From assembly GCA_963714095.1 (NCBI GenBank), contig OY970230.1:660084-724083 (forward strand): a stretch of 64,000 nucleotides of DNA, in the 5' to 3' direction. Of the stretch, positions 35,081 through 44,847 are shown piece after piece. Positions within the stretch are counted from its first letter, which is position 1. Each line of letters begins with the position of its first letter. A program made the translations under genes and the position numbers. A model generated the notes under the pieces. The model ran no database searches. It was not told where the DNA came from and saw nothing but the letters and a program-made list of their open reading frames with translations. This DNA comes from Candidatus Gottesmanbacteria bacterium (lineage in GTDB: Bacteria > Patescibacteriota > Microgenomatia > UBA10105 > UBA927).

Positions 35081-37173
35081 TCAGGCCAGGATGAAATAAT
35101 CAGCGGCTTATCGTGTACCCGCGGCATTTTATTCCAGATTTCTTCTGTAACAAACGGCATAAAGGGATGGAGGAGTTTAAGAAAGGTTATTAATCCATCA
35201 TAGAGAGCACGATAAGACAGCTTATCTTTTTTTACATCTTCAATACAGATATCACAATACCAATGCCAAAAATTTTCATAAATTATATCTGCAGCGAGCG
35301 ACAAATTATATTTTTCTAGCCGTTTTGTTGCATCAGTCGTGATCTTTTTAAGTTTTTTATAGAAAACCTGATCCTGAATTGACGGTCCGTATTTTCCCTC
35401 TTTCGGTTCTTTATAATTTAAAGAAATAAATCTTGCGGCATTCCAAAGTTTATTGGCAAAGTTGCGCATGCCGCGGATTTTGTCTTCGGACAGCGACTGG
35501 TCGTTTCCGGCGGCTGTTCCGAATACCAGTGAAAACCTCAGGGCGTCGGCGCCGTACTGGTCCGCCATCTTGAGGGGATTAATGACATTACCTTTGCTCT
35601 TGCTCATTTTTTGTCCCTTGGCATCACGGACGAGGCCGTGAAGGTATACCGTTCTAAACGGTACATCACCTGTAATATATATTCCTAGCATCATCATCCG
35701 GCATACCCAGACCGGAAGTATGTCGTAGCCGGTTTCCATAACCGACGTAGGATAGAATCGCTCAAAATCTCCTGGTTGAGCGGCCTTCAGCGTTGCAAAC
35801 GGCCATTGGGCGGAAGAAAACCATGTATCAAAATTATCCATATCCTGCGTAAGGCGCGTGCCGCCGCATTTAGTGCAATTGGTGGGCGTTTCACCGTCGG
35901 TGACCACCCAGTATTCCTCTTTCTGGGTGCTGCAGTTTTCACATTTCCAGGCAGGAATGCGGATGCCCCAGACAATCTGGCGTGATATATTCCAATCGTG
36001 GAAATTAGTGAGCCACATGGTGGCGATTTTTTCGAACCGTTTCGGTACAAATGTAATGTTCTTTTCTTTGATCGCTTTTTTGGCGGCATCGGCCAGTGGT
36101 TTTACTTTGATGTACCACTGGGAAAGAGGAAGTGGCTCCAGGACAGTTCCGCACTTATAACAGGTGGCAACCGTGTGGACGTAATCATTGTCAATATGAT
36201 CCATAAGTCCGCGGTCAATCATATCCTTAACGATTTGTTCACGAGCTGCTTTTACTTTCATTCCCGCATATGGGCCACAGAGTTTGGTGAGCCTGCCGTC
36301 AAAACCGATGACCTGTTTGCCGGGCAGATTATGGCGTTTGGCAATCTGAAAATCCGTCATGTCGTGGTAGGGCGTCACTTTCGCAACTCCCGTCCCGAAC
36401 GCCGGATCTATTGCATCATCCGCAACAACGACTACCTTAAAGGGTCCCAGCAATCCTTCGACTTTAATTTCCTGACCAATCCACTTTTTGTAGCGTTTGT
36501 CTCTGGGGTTGACGGCGACTGCCGTGTCGCCGAATTTTGTTTCCGGCCGCACCGTGGCGAGAATAAACGGTCCGTATTTCATGTAATACAATGGATCTGT
36601 CCGTTCGACATGCACGACTTCTAAATCGGAAAAACTTGTTCCGTCTTTTGTGCAGTAATTCACGAGTCCCGCATCACGGTAGACCAGTCCGTCATCAAAT
36701 AATTTCTTAAATGATTGATGGACGATGGTGACGATTTTCGGGTCTAACATAAAAATATTGCGGCTCCAGTCCAGTGAAAATCCCAGCCTGCGCAATTGAT
36801 TTTCCATAGTCCCGCGGTTAGCTGCTACAAAATTCCAGATATCTTTATAGAGCGTTTCCCTGTCAAAATCGAAGCGGCTTTTGTCCTGTTTTGCCAGGTA
36901 TTTTTCATACACAAATTGCGTCTCGAATCCCGCGTGATCCGCGCCGGGCAGCCACAATGTTGGGTCACCCTTCATACGGTGGTAGCGGATCATGATATCT
37001 TCCACGACGTACATTGCGTGGCCCAAGTGCAGGTCAGCGTTGGCGTTTGGGGGGGGTAAGAGAATTGAAAACGGTTTTTTCGATGAATCATTATTCGGCG
37101 AAAAATACCCACCAGTCTCCCAAAGTTTATAGATATTTTCTTCAACTGATTTTGGATCGTAGGCTTTATCCAT
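35077..37173 (-). CDS. valS: valyl-tRNA synthetase (short form; ORF extends to 37266, start placed at MDKAYDPKS)
   Basis: PPPNANADLHLGHAMYVVEDIMIRYHRMKGDPTLWLPGADHAGFETQ matches the ValRS HIGH region; KMSKSKGN; about 700 aa. Confidence 0.75.
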   Translation of the reverse strand: MDKAYDPKSVEENIYKLWETGGYFSPNNDSSKKPFSILLPPPNANADLHLGHAMYVVEDIMIRYHRMKGDPTLWLPGADHAGFETQFVYEKYLAKQDKSRFDFDRETLYKDIWNFVAANRGTMENQLRRLGFSLDWSRNIFMLDPKIVTIVHQSFKKLFDDGLVYRDAGLVNYCTKDGTSFSDLEVVHVERTDPLYYMKYGPFILATVRPETKFGDTAVAVNPRDKRYKKWIGQEIKVEGLLGPFKVVVVADDAIDPAFGTGVAKVTPYHDMTDFQIAKRHNLPGKQVIGFDGRLTKLCGPYAGMKVKAAREQIVKDMIDRGLMDHIDNDYVHTVATCYKCGTVLEPLPLSQWYIKVKPLADAAKKAIKEKNITFVPKRFEKIATMWLTNFHDWNISRQIVWGIRIPAWKCENCSTQKEEYWVVTDGETPTNCTKCGGTRLTQDMDNFDTWFSSAQWPFATLKAAQPGDFERFYPTSVMETGYDILPVWVCRMMMLGIYITGDVPFRTVYLHGLVRDAKGQKMSKSKGNVINPLKMADQYGADALRFSLVFGTAAGNDQSLSEDKIRGMRNFANKLWNAARFISLNYKEPKEGKYGPSIQDQVFYKKLKKITTDATKRLEKYNLSLAADIIYENFWHWYCDICIEDVKKDKLSYRALYDGLITFLKLLHPFMPFVTEEIWNKMPRVHDKPLIISSWPD

Positions 37174-37473
37174 GAGGCAATTGTACTCTAGGGGCGCGTT
37201 TTGCAGCAAGTTGTTGTTACCGACGGCGGTTACCGAGGTTTGTGAGGATTCCGCCAAGCCAGCCATTTATCCAATGGGGGCGGCCGCTGATATGATTATC
37301 AAATCTGGATCCAAAAAGGTGATGCATAGTATGAAGATACTGTCTCCGTTCTTCTTCTCTGGCATTTTGTATCTGATATGCCTGTTCAATAGCGGTTGGC
37401 TCGTGAGGATTTATTTCTCGTCGGTTTCCCATGCCCAGATTATATGGTTGGGGTTTGATTAAGTCAAAAAAAT

Positions 37474-38334
37474 TTATAGTTCTTCCAATTTGACCGTGTC
37501 TGTGCCTTTGTCTTTCACCAGCTCCAGATACCGCTCGGTGGTGGAGAGGCGTTTGTGGCCGACCAATTTGCTTAACGTCGTGATAGAAGTGCCCGCCATC
37601 AGATGATGGGCAATGAATGTGTGGCGAAGATCATTAACCTTTGCCCCTTCAATTCCGGCAATCCGGAAATACCGGTCAATCGCGGTTCGTATGTTACGGA
37701 TAAGAAGCGCCCGTCCGGTTTTGGTGACAAAGAGTGCCTTACTGGTTGCATTGGAGCTTCGAATTGCAACGTAGTGGTCCAGGGCCTCTTTGGCAGCCTT
37801 ATTGAGCGGTACCAAACGCTGTGTATGGCCTTCCTGGGCTGCAATATTGAGTTCGGTGCCTTTGATATCGGAAAGGGTGAGGGCAGCAAGTTCTCCGATG
37901 CGGATTCCTGTTTGTAAAAATAGCTCGACAATCGCATAAATACGAGTATCGCCGCGGCATGCATCCCGCAGTGCCCGATACTCGATTTTGGATAAAATCC
38001 TCGGCGGTTTAACCTCATATTTTGGGTGTTCAATCTCGATTGCCGGATCCATGGTAATTGCGCCGGAAGCCTTTAAAAATCGGAAAAAGGTCTTAATAGA
38101 GTTAATCTTTCGTGAGATGGATTTGGGTGTATAGCTATCCGACGCGAGTTTTTTTAAAAATGCCTCCAGTTCGTCGCGCGTCACTTCCGTGATCGTTTTC
38201 TTACCCATGTTAGCAAGAAACGTGATGACCTGTTCGATGTCTTTCCCATATGCTACGATGGTAGCGCGGGCACGCCTGCGGCTGGTTAAATATTCAGTAA
38301 ATTGTGTGTGGGCAGTTTTAAGATCGATAGCCAT
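37474..38334 (-). CDS. xerC: tyrosine site-specific recombinase XerC/XerD family
   Basis: Catalytic-domain residues R...H..R...Y (LRHTFIAHHL..., ERYLE); N-terminal SAM-like domain. Confidence 0.8.
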   Translation of the reverse strand: MAIDLKTAHTQFTEYLTSRRRARATIVAYGKDIEQVITFLANMGKKTITEVTRDELEAFLKKLASDSYTPKSISRKINSIKTFFRFLKASGAITMDPAIEIEHPKYEVKPPRILSKIEYRALRDACRGDTRIYAIVELFLQTGIRIGELAALTLSDIKGTELNIAAQEGHTQRLVPLNKAAKEALDHYVAIRSSNATSKALFVTKTGRALLIRNIRTAIDRYFRIAGIEGAKVNDLRHTFIAHHLMAGTSITTLSKLVGHKRLSTTERYLELVKDKGTDTVKLEEL

Positions 38335-38390
38335 AAAAATGTTTAAGTCCTATAATATCATGGAATACGCTTGATTTCAAGGGTCAAAAT

Positions 38391-38729
38391 ATGGGGAGGA
38401 AATTGGTTCGTATCGTTGCTCTCGTTATTTGTATCATTGTGGGCGTGGGGATAGTAAGATCCGTCTACACGCTTTCGCAAAAGAAGGGAATTCTTGCTGA
38501 GCGTCAGCAGGTGCTTACCGAGCTTACGGCAAAAAACAGACAGCTTCAGGAAGATCTGCGGGAAGCGACAAGCGAGGCATTTATTGAACAGGCGGCGCGG
38601 GATAAGCTGGGTCTGGTGAAGGAAGGGGAGACGATAGTGATTATGAATAAGGCGACCGGCGGACCCGAAACTCCAAATAATCCTCAGGAATTGCCCCCGT
38701 GGGTGCAGTGGTGGAGTTTGTTTTTTTAA
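38391..38729 (+). CDS. ftsB: cell division protein FtsB/DivIC-like (septum formation initiator)
   Basis: N-terminal TM, coiled coil, DKLGLVKEGETIV terminal motif. Confidence 0.7.
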   Translation: MGRKLVRIVALVICIIVGVGIVRSVYTLSQKKGILAERQQVLTELTAKNRQLQEDLREATSEAFIEQAARDKLGLVKEGETIVIMNKATGGPETPNNPQELPPWVQWWSLFF

Positions 38730-38734
38730 CCGTG

Positions 38735-38806
38735 TGTCAGGGGAGAGGATCGGACTCTCGACATGCAGTTTATGATACTGCCGCTCTACCACTGAGCTAC
38801 CCTGAC
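38735..38806 (-). tRNA. tRNA-Met (anticodon CAT; elongator-type or Ile2/lysidine type), 72 nt, CCA not encoded
   Basis: Manual cloverleaf: acceptor GTCAGGG/CCCTGAC, D stem GCTC/GAGC with AGTGGTA loop, anticodon stem GCAGT/ACTGC with loop ATCATAA, T stem GAGAG/CTCTC with loop TCCGATC. Confidence 0.85.
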
Positions 38807-38891
38807 AATAGTGCTATTTTAGCGGTTTTGAGGCGCGAAGGCAATATAAATACATTCAAAATATGGTATAATAGCTTGTTCTTTCATGAAC

Positions 38892-38961
38892 CGCGGGGTA
38901 GTGTAGAGTCGCACAGAAGGCTCATAATCTTCTAGACCAGGCGCGCCTCCTGGCCCCGCAA
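38892..38961 (+). other. degenerate tRNA-like structure (CAT anticodon loop, non-canonical D and T loops) overlapping the 3' end of the serine recombinase gene; possible att-site remnant
   Basis: Foldable as acceptor CGCGGGG/CCCCGCA (C1xA72 mismatch), D stem GTGT/GCAC, anticodon stem GAAGG/TCTTC with loop CTCATAA, T stem CCAGG/CCTGG with atypical loop CGCGCCT; lacks G18G19 and a TPsiC loop. Confidence 0.3.
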
Positions 38962-40665
38962 CAAGCTAGGAATTGAAGCAAACATTTCATCCGTTTGAGC
39001 TGTTGGAATGCTCTGTTTATCGGGTGCGAGTAATTCTTGAAGGATTGGTACCTCAGACTTCATCTTTTTGATGAACGCAAGCGAGAAGGGACTATCAATA
39101 CGCAATGATTTGTCATGTAATTTTAGGTGCGAACCTAACTTCGATAGTATCTCCCGTTTCACTGTGAGGTCAGGTTTTGCAAACCGTTCACGTGCATGAG
39201 CGGCAAAATTGAACTTCTCGTTTATCTCTTCTGCGGCTTGGAGCATGCGTTCGTCTATGCTGCCCATCTGTTTACCCAATCCTTTTATCTCGGCTTCTAG
39301 CTTAAGTTTTTGCTCTTTGAACTGCTCGTCCGATAACATGCTACCGTCGCTGTTGAGCGGTGATATTTTGAGCTTGACGAGGTTATCAAGCTCCTTCCGG
39401 GCGTCGGAATGGGCTCGAGATACCGACCGTATAGCTTCCTCTCGGAAATCCCGTTCCCCGTCATTCATTGCATTGATTTGTCGTATGGACCAATCCACGA
39501 AGCACTGCGGGATTTCGAGAGAGGATAACTCGGCTTCTATCTGTTTCTCAAAGAGATCGAGCCGTATGCCCTTTTGTGTACATTGAATGTCTTTCCGGCG
39601 TTTACAACGGTAGTAAACATAATGCAGTATTGTTGGGTCCTTCATTTGGTCAATCCGAGTTAAACAGCGTGGACATTTTTCTTTGTTTTTCTTCGTGAGA
39701 GAAAACTTAAGCTTACAATGACGGCAAATACACTGCCACTTCTCCTCTGCCGTGATCGTAGAGCCACAAAACCCACATTTCAGAAGTGACGTATACGCCC
39801 ATTCATGATTTTTGAGATGGTATTTACTCTTATGACCTAGAATGACTTGCACTTCCTCAAATAGTTCATCGCTAATGGCGGGGGTATGTTTTCCTTCATG
39901 CCACTCACCACTACCTTCGGGATACTCAAATTTGCCTGTGTAGAATGGGTTACCGAGGATTTTATAGATATTGCTGATAGACAAAGGTCGTCCTCCCATT
40001 CGTTTTTGTTGCCGCGTCCTGTAGCCCCATTCCTTTTCCGCTAAACGATGTATCTCTGTCACCGGCGTACCCTTTCGGAACAACTCAAATATCCTTTGTA
40101 TGAACGGAAGCCGTTCTGGGTCGGTTAAGATACGCCTAAAGCCGCTTTCCGTACCTTTATCGTTGAGATAGCCTTGTGGTGCGACGCCTGGCCGCCATCC
40201 GTCACGGCATTTCTTATCTAAACCACGCTTTACCACGATTGCCTTGTCATCGCTGTCTTTTTTGGATAAGCCGAACTCAAGCGTTAGCATAAACTTATCT
40301 TCCGGTGTGTTGTGGTAGGTCCGGGAAGGTGTGCATACTTCAAGTAGCTTTCCCATATCAAACAGGTCAATTATCCTGCCACCATCAGTCATGTTTCGTG
40401 CTAATCTGTTCGGATGCCACGTGACGATTGCATTTGCTTCACCCTCTTCTATCCGCGAAATCATTGTTTCAAAGATGGGTCGCCCTTTTTCATGCGCTGA
40501 CCGTGATTCTTGGAGCACTTCAATAACCCGCAAGTTATGGCGGGACTTCAAGCCCTCGAGGATATAAAGCTGTTCGGGAAGTGACGCCGCCTGGCGCTCT
40601 TTATTATCCTCCGACGACTTGCGGGCATATCCAAAGTATTTTAGTTGAACTGTTTGTATATCCAT
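38932..40665 (-). CDS. large serine recombinase (resolvase domain + recombinase domain + zinc ribbon + coiled coil)
   Basis: N-terminal catalytic motif YFGYARKSSEDNKERQ (Ser nucleophile), Cys-rich zinc-ribbon region CGFCGS...CRHC...CPRC, 577 aa. Confidence 0.85.
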   Translation of the reverse strand: MDIQTVQLKYFGYARKSSEDNKERQAASLPEQLYILEGLKSRHNLRVIEVLQESRSAHEKGRPIFETMISRIEEGEANAIVTWHPNRLARNMTDGGRIIDLFDMGKLLEVCTPSRTYHNTPEDKFMLTLEFGLSKKDSDDKAIVVKRGLDKKCRDGWRPGVAPQGYLNDKGTESGFRRILTDPERLPFIQRIFELFRKGTPVTEIHRLAEKEWGYRTRQQKRMGGRPLSISNIYKILGNPFYTGKFEYPEGSGEWHEGKHTPAISDELFEEVQVILGHKSKYHLKNHEWAYTSLLKCGFCGSTITAEEKWQCICRHCKLKFSLTKKNKEKCPRCLTRIDQMKDPTILHYVYYRCKRRKDIQCTQKGIRLDLFEKQIEAELSSLEIPQCFVDWSIRQINAMNDGERDFREEAIRSVSRAHSDARKELDNLVKLKISPLNSDGSMLSDEQFKEQKLKLEAEIKGLGKQMGSIDERMLQAAEEINEKFNFAAHARERFAKPDLTVKREILSKLGSHLKLHDKSLRIDSPFSLAFIKKMKSEVPILQELLAPDKQSIPTAQTDEMFASIPSLLRGQEARLV

Positions 40666-40753
40666 AATAAAGGCCGTACTGGTGCAACCACACCCTTGCG
40701 GATATGTCCAATACGGCCATTAAAAATCCGCCCTGGGATATGTGGTTGCATGG

Positions 40754-41638
40754 TTAGTATAGATCATCTTTTAACGATTCGTCAATTTTCTTTTCCAGAG
40801 CGTCTTTTTCTTCCGTATTTAATTCCAGATGTGTTTGAATATCCTGTATGGTTTCCAGAAATTTTGGCTCTACAAGCGTGGCATCATTTGTAAAATCCGC
40901 GGCGTAATCACGGTATACCCGAAGGAGTCTTAGTGATTCATCAAGGTTACAAAACATCGCAATAAGCTCTTCAGAATTTTTTATCAGTTGTTTTATACTC
41001 GCGGGGAGGAAGTCTATGGAAGCTTTCTCTGTCACATAGGACATTTCATAGAGTTTTGATTTGAGTTTTTTTGCGATTTGGAAGGAGAACATAAAGGATT
41101 TTTGAATCCCCCGATTTGGCTCGAGACCACTGGTGTTTGCCGATTGTTCCTCTGTTTGTTCAGTCTCTTCCTCGTCCATTGGAGGATTAAACAAGTCAAA
41201 CCCTTTGAGAATAACGCTGTCTATTTTGTATTTCTTCCGAAGCTCGGAGACGCTCGTTTCGACCGTTGCAGGTGATTTGTTATTTTGATTAGCCATATCA
41301 TAGAAAATTTCCGATATGAGATCCTCGGTTGCGCCTTTCAATATGACCCCCATGAGCGTTTTTTCCAGCTGACAAATCGCCAGGAGGAGATTGCGTTCGG
41401 CTATTTCTATATCAATGTCCAGGAACATGGTTGTCCGGTATAACTCATTCACTCTGCGTATTTCCTTCATCTCACCGGATTTCCGTGCGTCATCTAAAAT
41501 AGCATCCCGTTCTTGAGGTGTAAGAATCGATTCTTTTCCCGCGGTTTCGGCCTGGCGGTTTATATCCTGAAAGAGGAGCTTCATCTTGTCCTGGATATGC
41601 ATCCCCTTGGAAAGTTTTTTGAGATCAAGGTGTACCAT
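40754..41638 (-). CDS. hypothetical protein (acidic, coiled-coil)
   Basis: ORF only. Confidence 0.35.
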   Translation of the reverse strand: MVHLDLKKLSKGMHIQDKMKLLFQDINRQAETAGKESILTPQERDAILDDARKSGEMKEIRRVNELYRTTMFLDIDIEIAERNLLLAICQLEKTLMGVILKGATEDLISEIFYDMANQNNKSPATVETSVSELRKKYKIDSVILKGFDLFNPPMDEEETEQTEEQSANTSGLEPNRGIQKSFMFSFQIAKKLKSKLYEMSYVTEKASIDFLPASIKQLIKNSEELIAMFCNLDESLRLLRVYRDYAADFTNDATLVEPKFLETIQDIQTHLELNTEEKDALEKKIDESLKDDLY

Positions 41639-42095
41639 GAGGTTCCTCCTGTATGTGGGTTTTGAGAAAATTTTGAATCCACTTGTTCAATAGGTGAATG
41701 GTGATCGCCGTGGTGGCCATATATTCACTGAACAAATCCAAGTATTTCCGCATGTGAATGGCCCGGCAGATGTCTATCTGGTCCTTAAATGCTTCCCGGC
41801 CCTCGACAATCTGTTGTAGGGTCATCGGAAAGAGTTTTATCATTGTATCCTCGGGTTTATCTTCAGCCGAGAGCATGATAAAGAGGAAAAATGCATTGAA
41901 CTTACGTTCTTTATCCTCCGCATCCGGTTCTTTCATCTGGTTGAAGAGGTAATGGATATCGTTGTAGAACTCCTCAAGTGTGTACGATACCTCACCTTTG
42001 ACAATTTGGGCTTCCGTTACCATATTATTTTGTGCTCCTTTCAAGAATGACTCGTTCGATCGTTTGTACGCGGTTTTGCAATTCCGACTGTTCAA
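41625..42095 (-). CDS. hypothetical protein
   Basis: ORF only; overlaps neighbours by a few codons (operon-like packing). Confidence 0.3.
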   Translation of the reverse strand: MNSRNCKTAYKRSNESFLKGAQNNMVTEAQIVKGEVSYTLEEFYNDIHYLFNQMKEPDAEDKERKFNAFFLFIMLSAEDKPEDTMIKLFPMTLQQIVEGREAFKDQIDICRAIHMRKYLDLFSEYMATTAITIHLLNKWIQNFLKTHIQEEPHGTP

Positions 42096-42402
42096 ATCCT
42101 TTGAGCGCTACGCCAAGAAGGTAACCAATGGTGCTTGCCACTTTTGGCGGTAGGTTACCAGCACGAACCTCATTGATTGTTTGGATGGCAGCGCTCACAA
42201 CATCAGAAGCGTTGACAATGGTCAATGGCGGTAAGGCTAAGGCCAGCGTGTCGTAACTTGTGGCTTGACCACCTTTTTGGACTGCTGCACGCTTAGTTTC
42301 CTGCATTGTGGGTTCATGGTTGAGGCAGAACATAGAGCCATGGACCGCATACGCACCACACAGTTCTCCGTTTTCTTTGATATAGGTACAGTGTTGAGTC
42401 AT
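42025..42402 (-). CDS. hypothetical protein with N-terminal Cys/His zinc-ribbon-like motif
   Basis: CTYIKENGELCGAYAVHGSMFCLNH. Confidence 0.3.
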   Translation of the reverse strand: MTQHCTYIKENGELCGAYAVHGSMFCLNHEPTMQETKRAAVQKGGQATSYDTLALALPPLTIVNASDVVSAAIQTINEVRAGNLPPKVASTIGYLLGVALKGFEQSELQNRVQTIERVILERSTK

Positions 42403-42438
42403 AAGTGTATAGGTAAGCTACTTACCCGGTAGGGGGAT

Positions 42439-43932
42439 TTACCCTTTCACCCCTTTCAACGAATTATTTATAAGAGCCTGGTCCTCGATAGATAAGCTTT
42501 CAGCTTTGAATACGCCCCGGCGCAGGCCTTCATCTTCCACTTCTATGGCGAGTTTGTTGAGGTAATCCCGTTCTTTTTCCGATATGTCTGGATCGCTTTT
42601 TGTATCTGTGATGTACGCCATGACGCCCTCAATCTCATCATCCGTATAGTTTTTGACGAGCTTATCTGGAAGGAACCGCAACAGAGATTCCGAAGGGGCT
42701 ATCAGAACCGCGCTGTCGGCCTTAATGAGTGTGAAATCTTCATGGAGATTGTATGTTCTGGCGACTCCTTCGGCTTTCGTATCGGCTACGATAACTTCCA
42801 GCCCCTCTAGCTCTTTAAGGAGGCGCTGGCAGGTACGGATGGACTTATTAGTCAGTTCTGATAGCTGCCGTGCCGTTATAAAAGAATTGGCGCGGAAGTG
42901 TTCGAGTATCTCCGCCCGTTCCGCCGGCATCGAAGATATAACGAGCGATTTAAGGATGGCGCAATCCGCTTCTGATACCGCTGTACGCCCGTCAAGAAGC
43001 GCCAGGCACACCGCAAGCCCTTTAAGCTGCTGAAGTGCTCGCCATGGCTCTTCGATTTGCCGGTCTACCACGTCAAAATATGTGACTTGCTTGCCTTCTT
43101 CGTTCGTGAAGCTATCTTTTTGTAATATGATGATACCCCGAGAACGCGCCATGAGAAGCGATGATTTCTCCAGTAGGTTTCGGAGAGGTATGTCGGTAAT
43201 TTCAAATGAGGTAGGTGTTTTTGCCAACAGTTCATTGAAAAACGTGACGCACTGCTCGGCCATCTGCCCGATAAGTTCTTTTCTGCTATGAGAATTCCAG
43301 GCTATCGTGAATCCTTTCGTTTTTCGTTCAAGCGATAACATCGGTATCCGGTAAAACAGGAACCGTGGACCTACGATATTGAGATACTTTTGATGCCGAT
43401 TGAGGGCAGCTGGCGTGATGCACCCGACATGCGAAAATGAGCTCTTATATGATTTATATCCCCGCGTCGGGCTAAACTTGGCAAACTCGCCGTCATAAAT
43501 ACTCACCAACTCGCCGAGGAGCTTCTTTGTCGTTTCCTCGTTGAGGCTAAAAATGGTCGTATAGTCCTTGCAAACAAAGCACTTGCCGTCAAGCTCGGGG
43601 AGGAGGTCGTATGCCTTTTCGCCCTTCCCTGAAGGCTTGTAACCGCTTGCAAACGGGTTTAAGGTGAAGCTGTCAATGAAATAGACGAAATCGAGTTTCC
43701 GTAGGAGCGATACGAGGTCGGTTTTCGCTGATGATGGCACACCGACCAACATGAGCCAGAGTGGAGGATAGAGGTTGAGCTTTGTTGATAGGGCAACCGC
43801 AAAAACACAGCGGACCAGCTCCTCCGGTAGTGATACTATCTCAGATATGTCTTGTAATAAGGCCGAAATCCCATATCCTTTCGGAGTTGGTGACGCGGTT
43901 GTCGTGCTTTGTTGTGTTGCTGGTGCTTCCAT
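42439..43932 (-). CDS. P-loop NTPase with C-terminal winged-helix-like region (candidate element replication/primase-helicase-like protein)
   Basis: Walker A-like LVGVPSSAKTDLV; acidic Walker B-like stretch; C-terminal region with HTH-like character. Confidence 0.35.
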   Translation of the reverse strand: MEAPATQQSTTTASPTPKGYGISALLQDISEIVSLPEELVRCVFAVALSTKLNLYPPLWLMLVGVPSSAKTDLVSLLRKLDFVYFIDSFTLNPFASGYKPSGKGEKAYDLLPELDGKCFVCKDYTTIFSLNEETTKKLLGELVSIYDGEFAKFSPTRGYKSYKSSFSHVGCITPAALNRHQKYLNIVGPRFLFYRIPMLSLERKTKGFTIAWNSHSRKELIGQMAEQCVTFFNELLAKTPTSFEITDIPLRNLLEKSSLLMARSRGIIILQKDSFTNEEGKQVTYFDVVDRQIEEPWRALQQLKGLAVCLALLDGRTAVSEADCAILKSLVISSMPAERAEILEHFRANSFITARQLSELTNKSIRTCQRLLKELEGLEVIVADTKAEGVARTYNLHEDFTLIKADSAVLIAPSESLLRFLPDKLVKNYTDDEIEGVMAYITDTKSDPDISEKERDYLNKLAIEVEDEGLRRGVFKAESLSIEDQALINNSLKGVKG

Positions 43933-44029
43933 AGGTCATACTTTGTGTTATACTTGACCTGCCGAGGGAAGGAGCCTCTTATACATCCCTCCCCCGACAG
44001 GGGTTAGCGGAAACGCTAACTCTTTTCCG

Positions 44030-44446
44030 TTATAACGGCATTACCGCCGATATATTCTGATACTGAACTCCATCTTTTTCCTTCCCGTTCTTGACGAAGA
44101 TTTGACAGGATTTACCTACCAAAGCTTCTATATCAAGCGTTTCTCCTGTTTTCGGTTCTGATTTGGTCAGCGCTTTGACGATACCAAACAGCTTGGAGTT
44201 TTTGCCGGACTTGGAGTTTGATAGCTTTTTTGAAGCTACCAGGGTTTTTGAAACCCCTTTGTGCTCGCCGTCGATCACCTCAAACCGAAATTGGAGATAA
44301 TCGCCGAACTCACCGGAGCCCTCCTCAATTTTTATGAGAGCAGCCTTATATACACCTTCGGGAATCGCTGGCTGAACTTCAGCCTCTTTAACAGTTAGAT
44401 TTATTGCCATAGTTTTACACACCTCCCTTCTTTGTGGACTCATCAC
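44030..44446 (-). CDS. hypothetical protein (138 aa)
   Basis: ORF only. Confidence 0.3.
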   Translation of the reverse strand: MMSPQRREVCKTMAINLTVKEAEVQPAIPEGVYKAALIKIEEGSGEFGDYLQFRFEVIDGEHKGVSKTLVASKKLSNSKSGKNSKLFGIVKALTKSEPKTGETLDIEALVGKSCQIFVKNGKEKDGVQYQNISAVMPL

Positions 44447-44597
44447 GATGCAGTTTTCTTGGGTAGTAAACGGCTCTCACTAGGCCGACGAGACGTTCTC
44501 CGATGTCCCGTGCATATACTTTTGTTATTGCGATACCGTAGTATTTTTGATACATGTCCATAAATTCGGCGACAGCTTGGTCAGTAAGTCGTTGCAT
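44415..44597 (-). CDS. hypothetical small protein (60 aa)
   Basis: ORF only; tightly packed with the 82-aa ORF. Confidence 0.2.
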   Translation of the reverse strand: MQRLTDQAVAEFMDMYQKYYGIAITKVYARDIGERLVGLVRAVYYPRKLHRDESTKKGGV

Positions 44598-44598
44598 G

Positions 44599-44847
44599 CT
44601 ACCGCTCCTCGTACAGTCGCGTTTTAATAAGTTTGAGTTGGTAAAAATATGCTTGAGGAGAAACCTTCATTTCGCCTCGCCAATAGGACTCAATAAACTT
44701 GTCGAGCTGGTCGTCACGTTTGAATAGGAATTCCGCCTTATGAGGATTGCGTCTATCTATCCCCTCAAGCGGGAAAAAAAGCGATAAAGCCGCGGTCATG
44801 GAAAGATCGGAGGTTGAGTAATAGTCATTGTAATTTTTCTGCGTCAT
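44599..44847 (-). CDS. hypothetical small protein (82 aa)
   Basis: ORF only. Confidence 0.25.
   Translation of the reverse strand: MTQKNYNDYYSTSDLSMTAALSLFFPLEGIDRRNPHKAEFLFKRDDQLDKFIESYWRGEMKVSPQAYFYQLKLIKTRLYEER

Noticed and set aside
37474-38334. Treating the XerC/D-like tyrosine recombinase as the integrase of the mobile element
   Set aside because: It is separated from the element by ftsB and the tRNA and has standard XerC/D length and motifs. The serine recombinase at 38932..40665 is the element-proximal integrase; Xer is more likely chromosomal dimer resolution.
38358-38935. ORFs 38358..38792(-) and 38699..38935(+) overlapping tRNA-Met
   Set aside because: They cover the tRNA gene and the ftsB coding region; no motifs; the tRNA cloverleaf explains the sequence.
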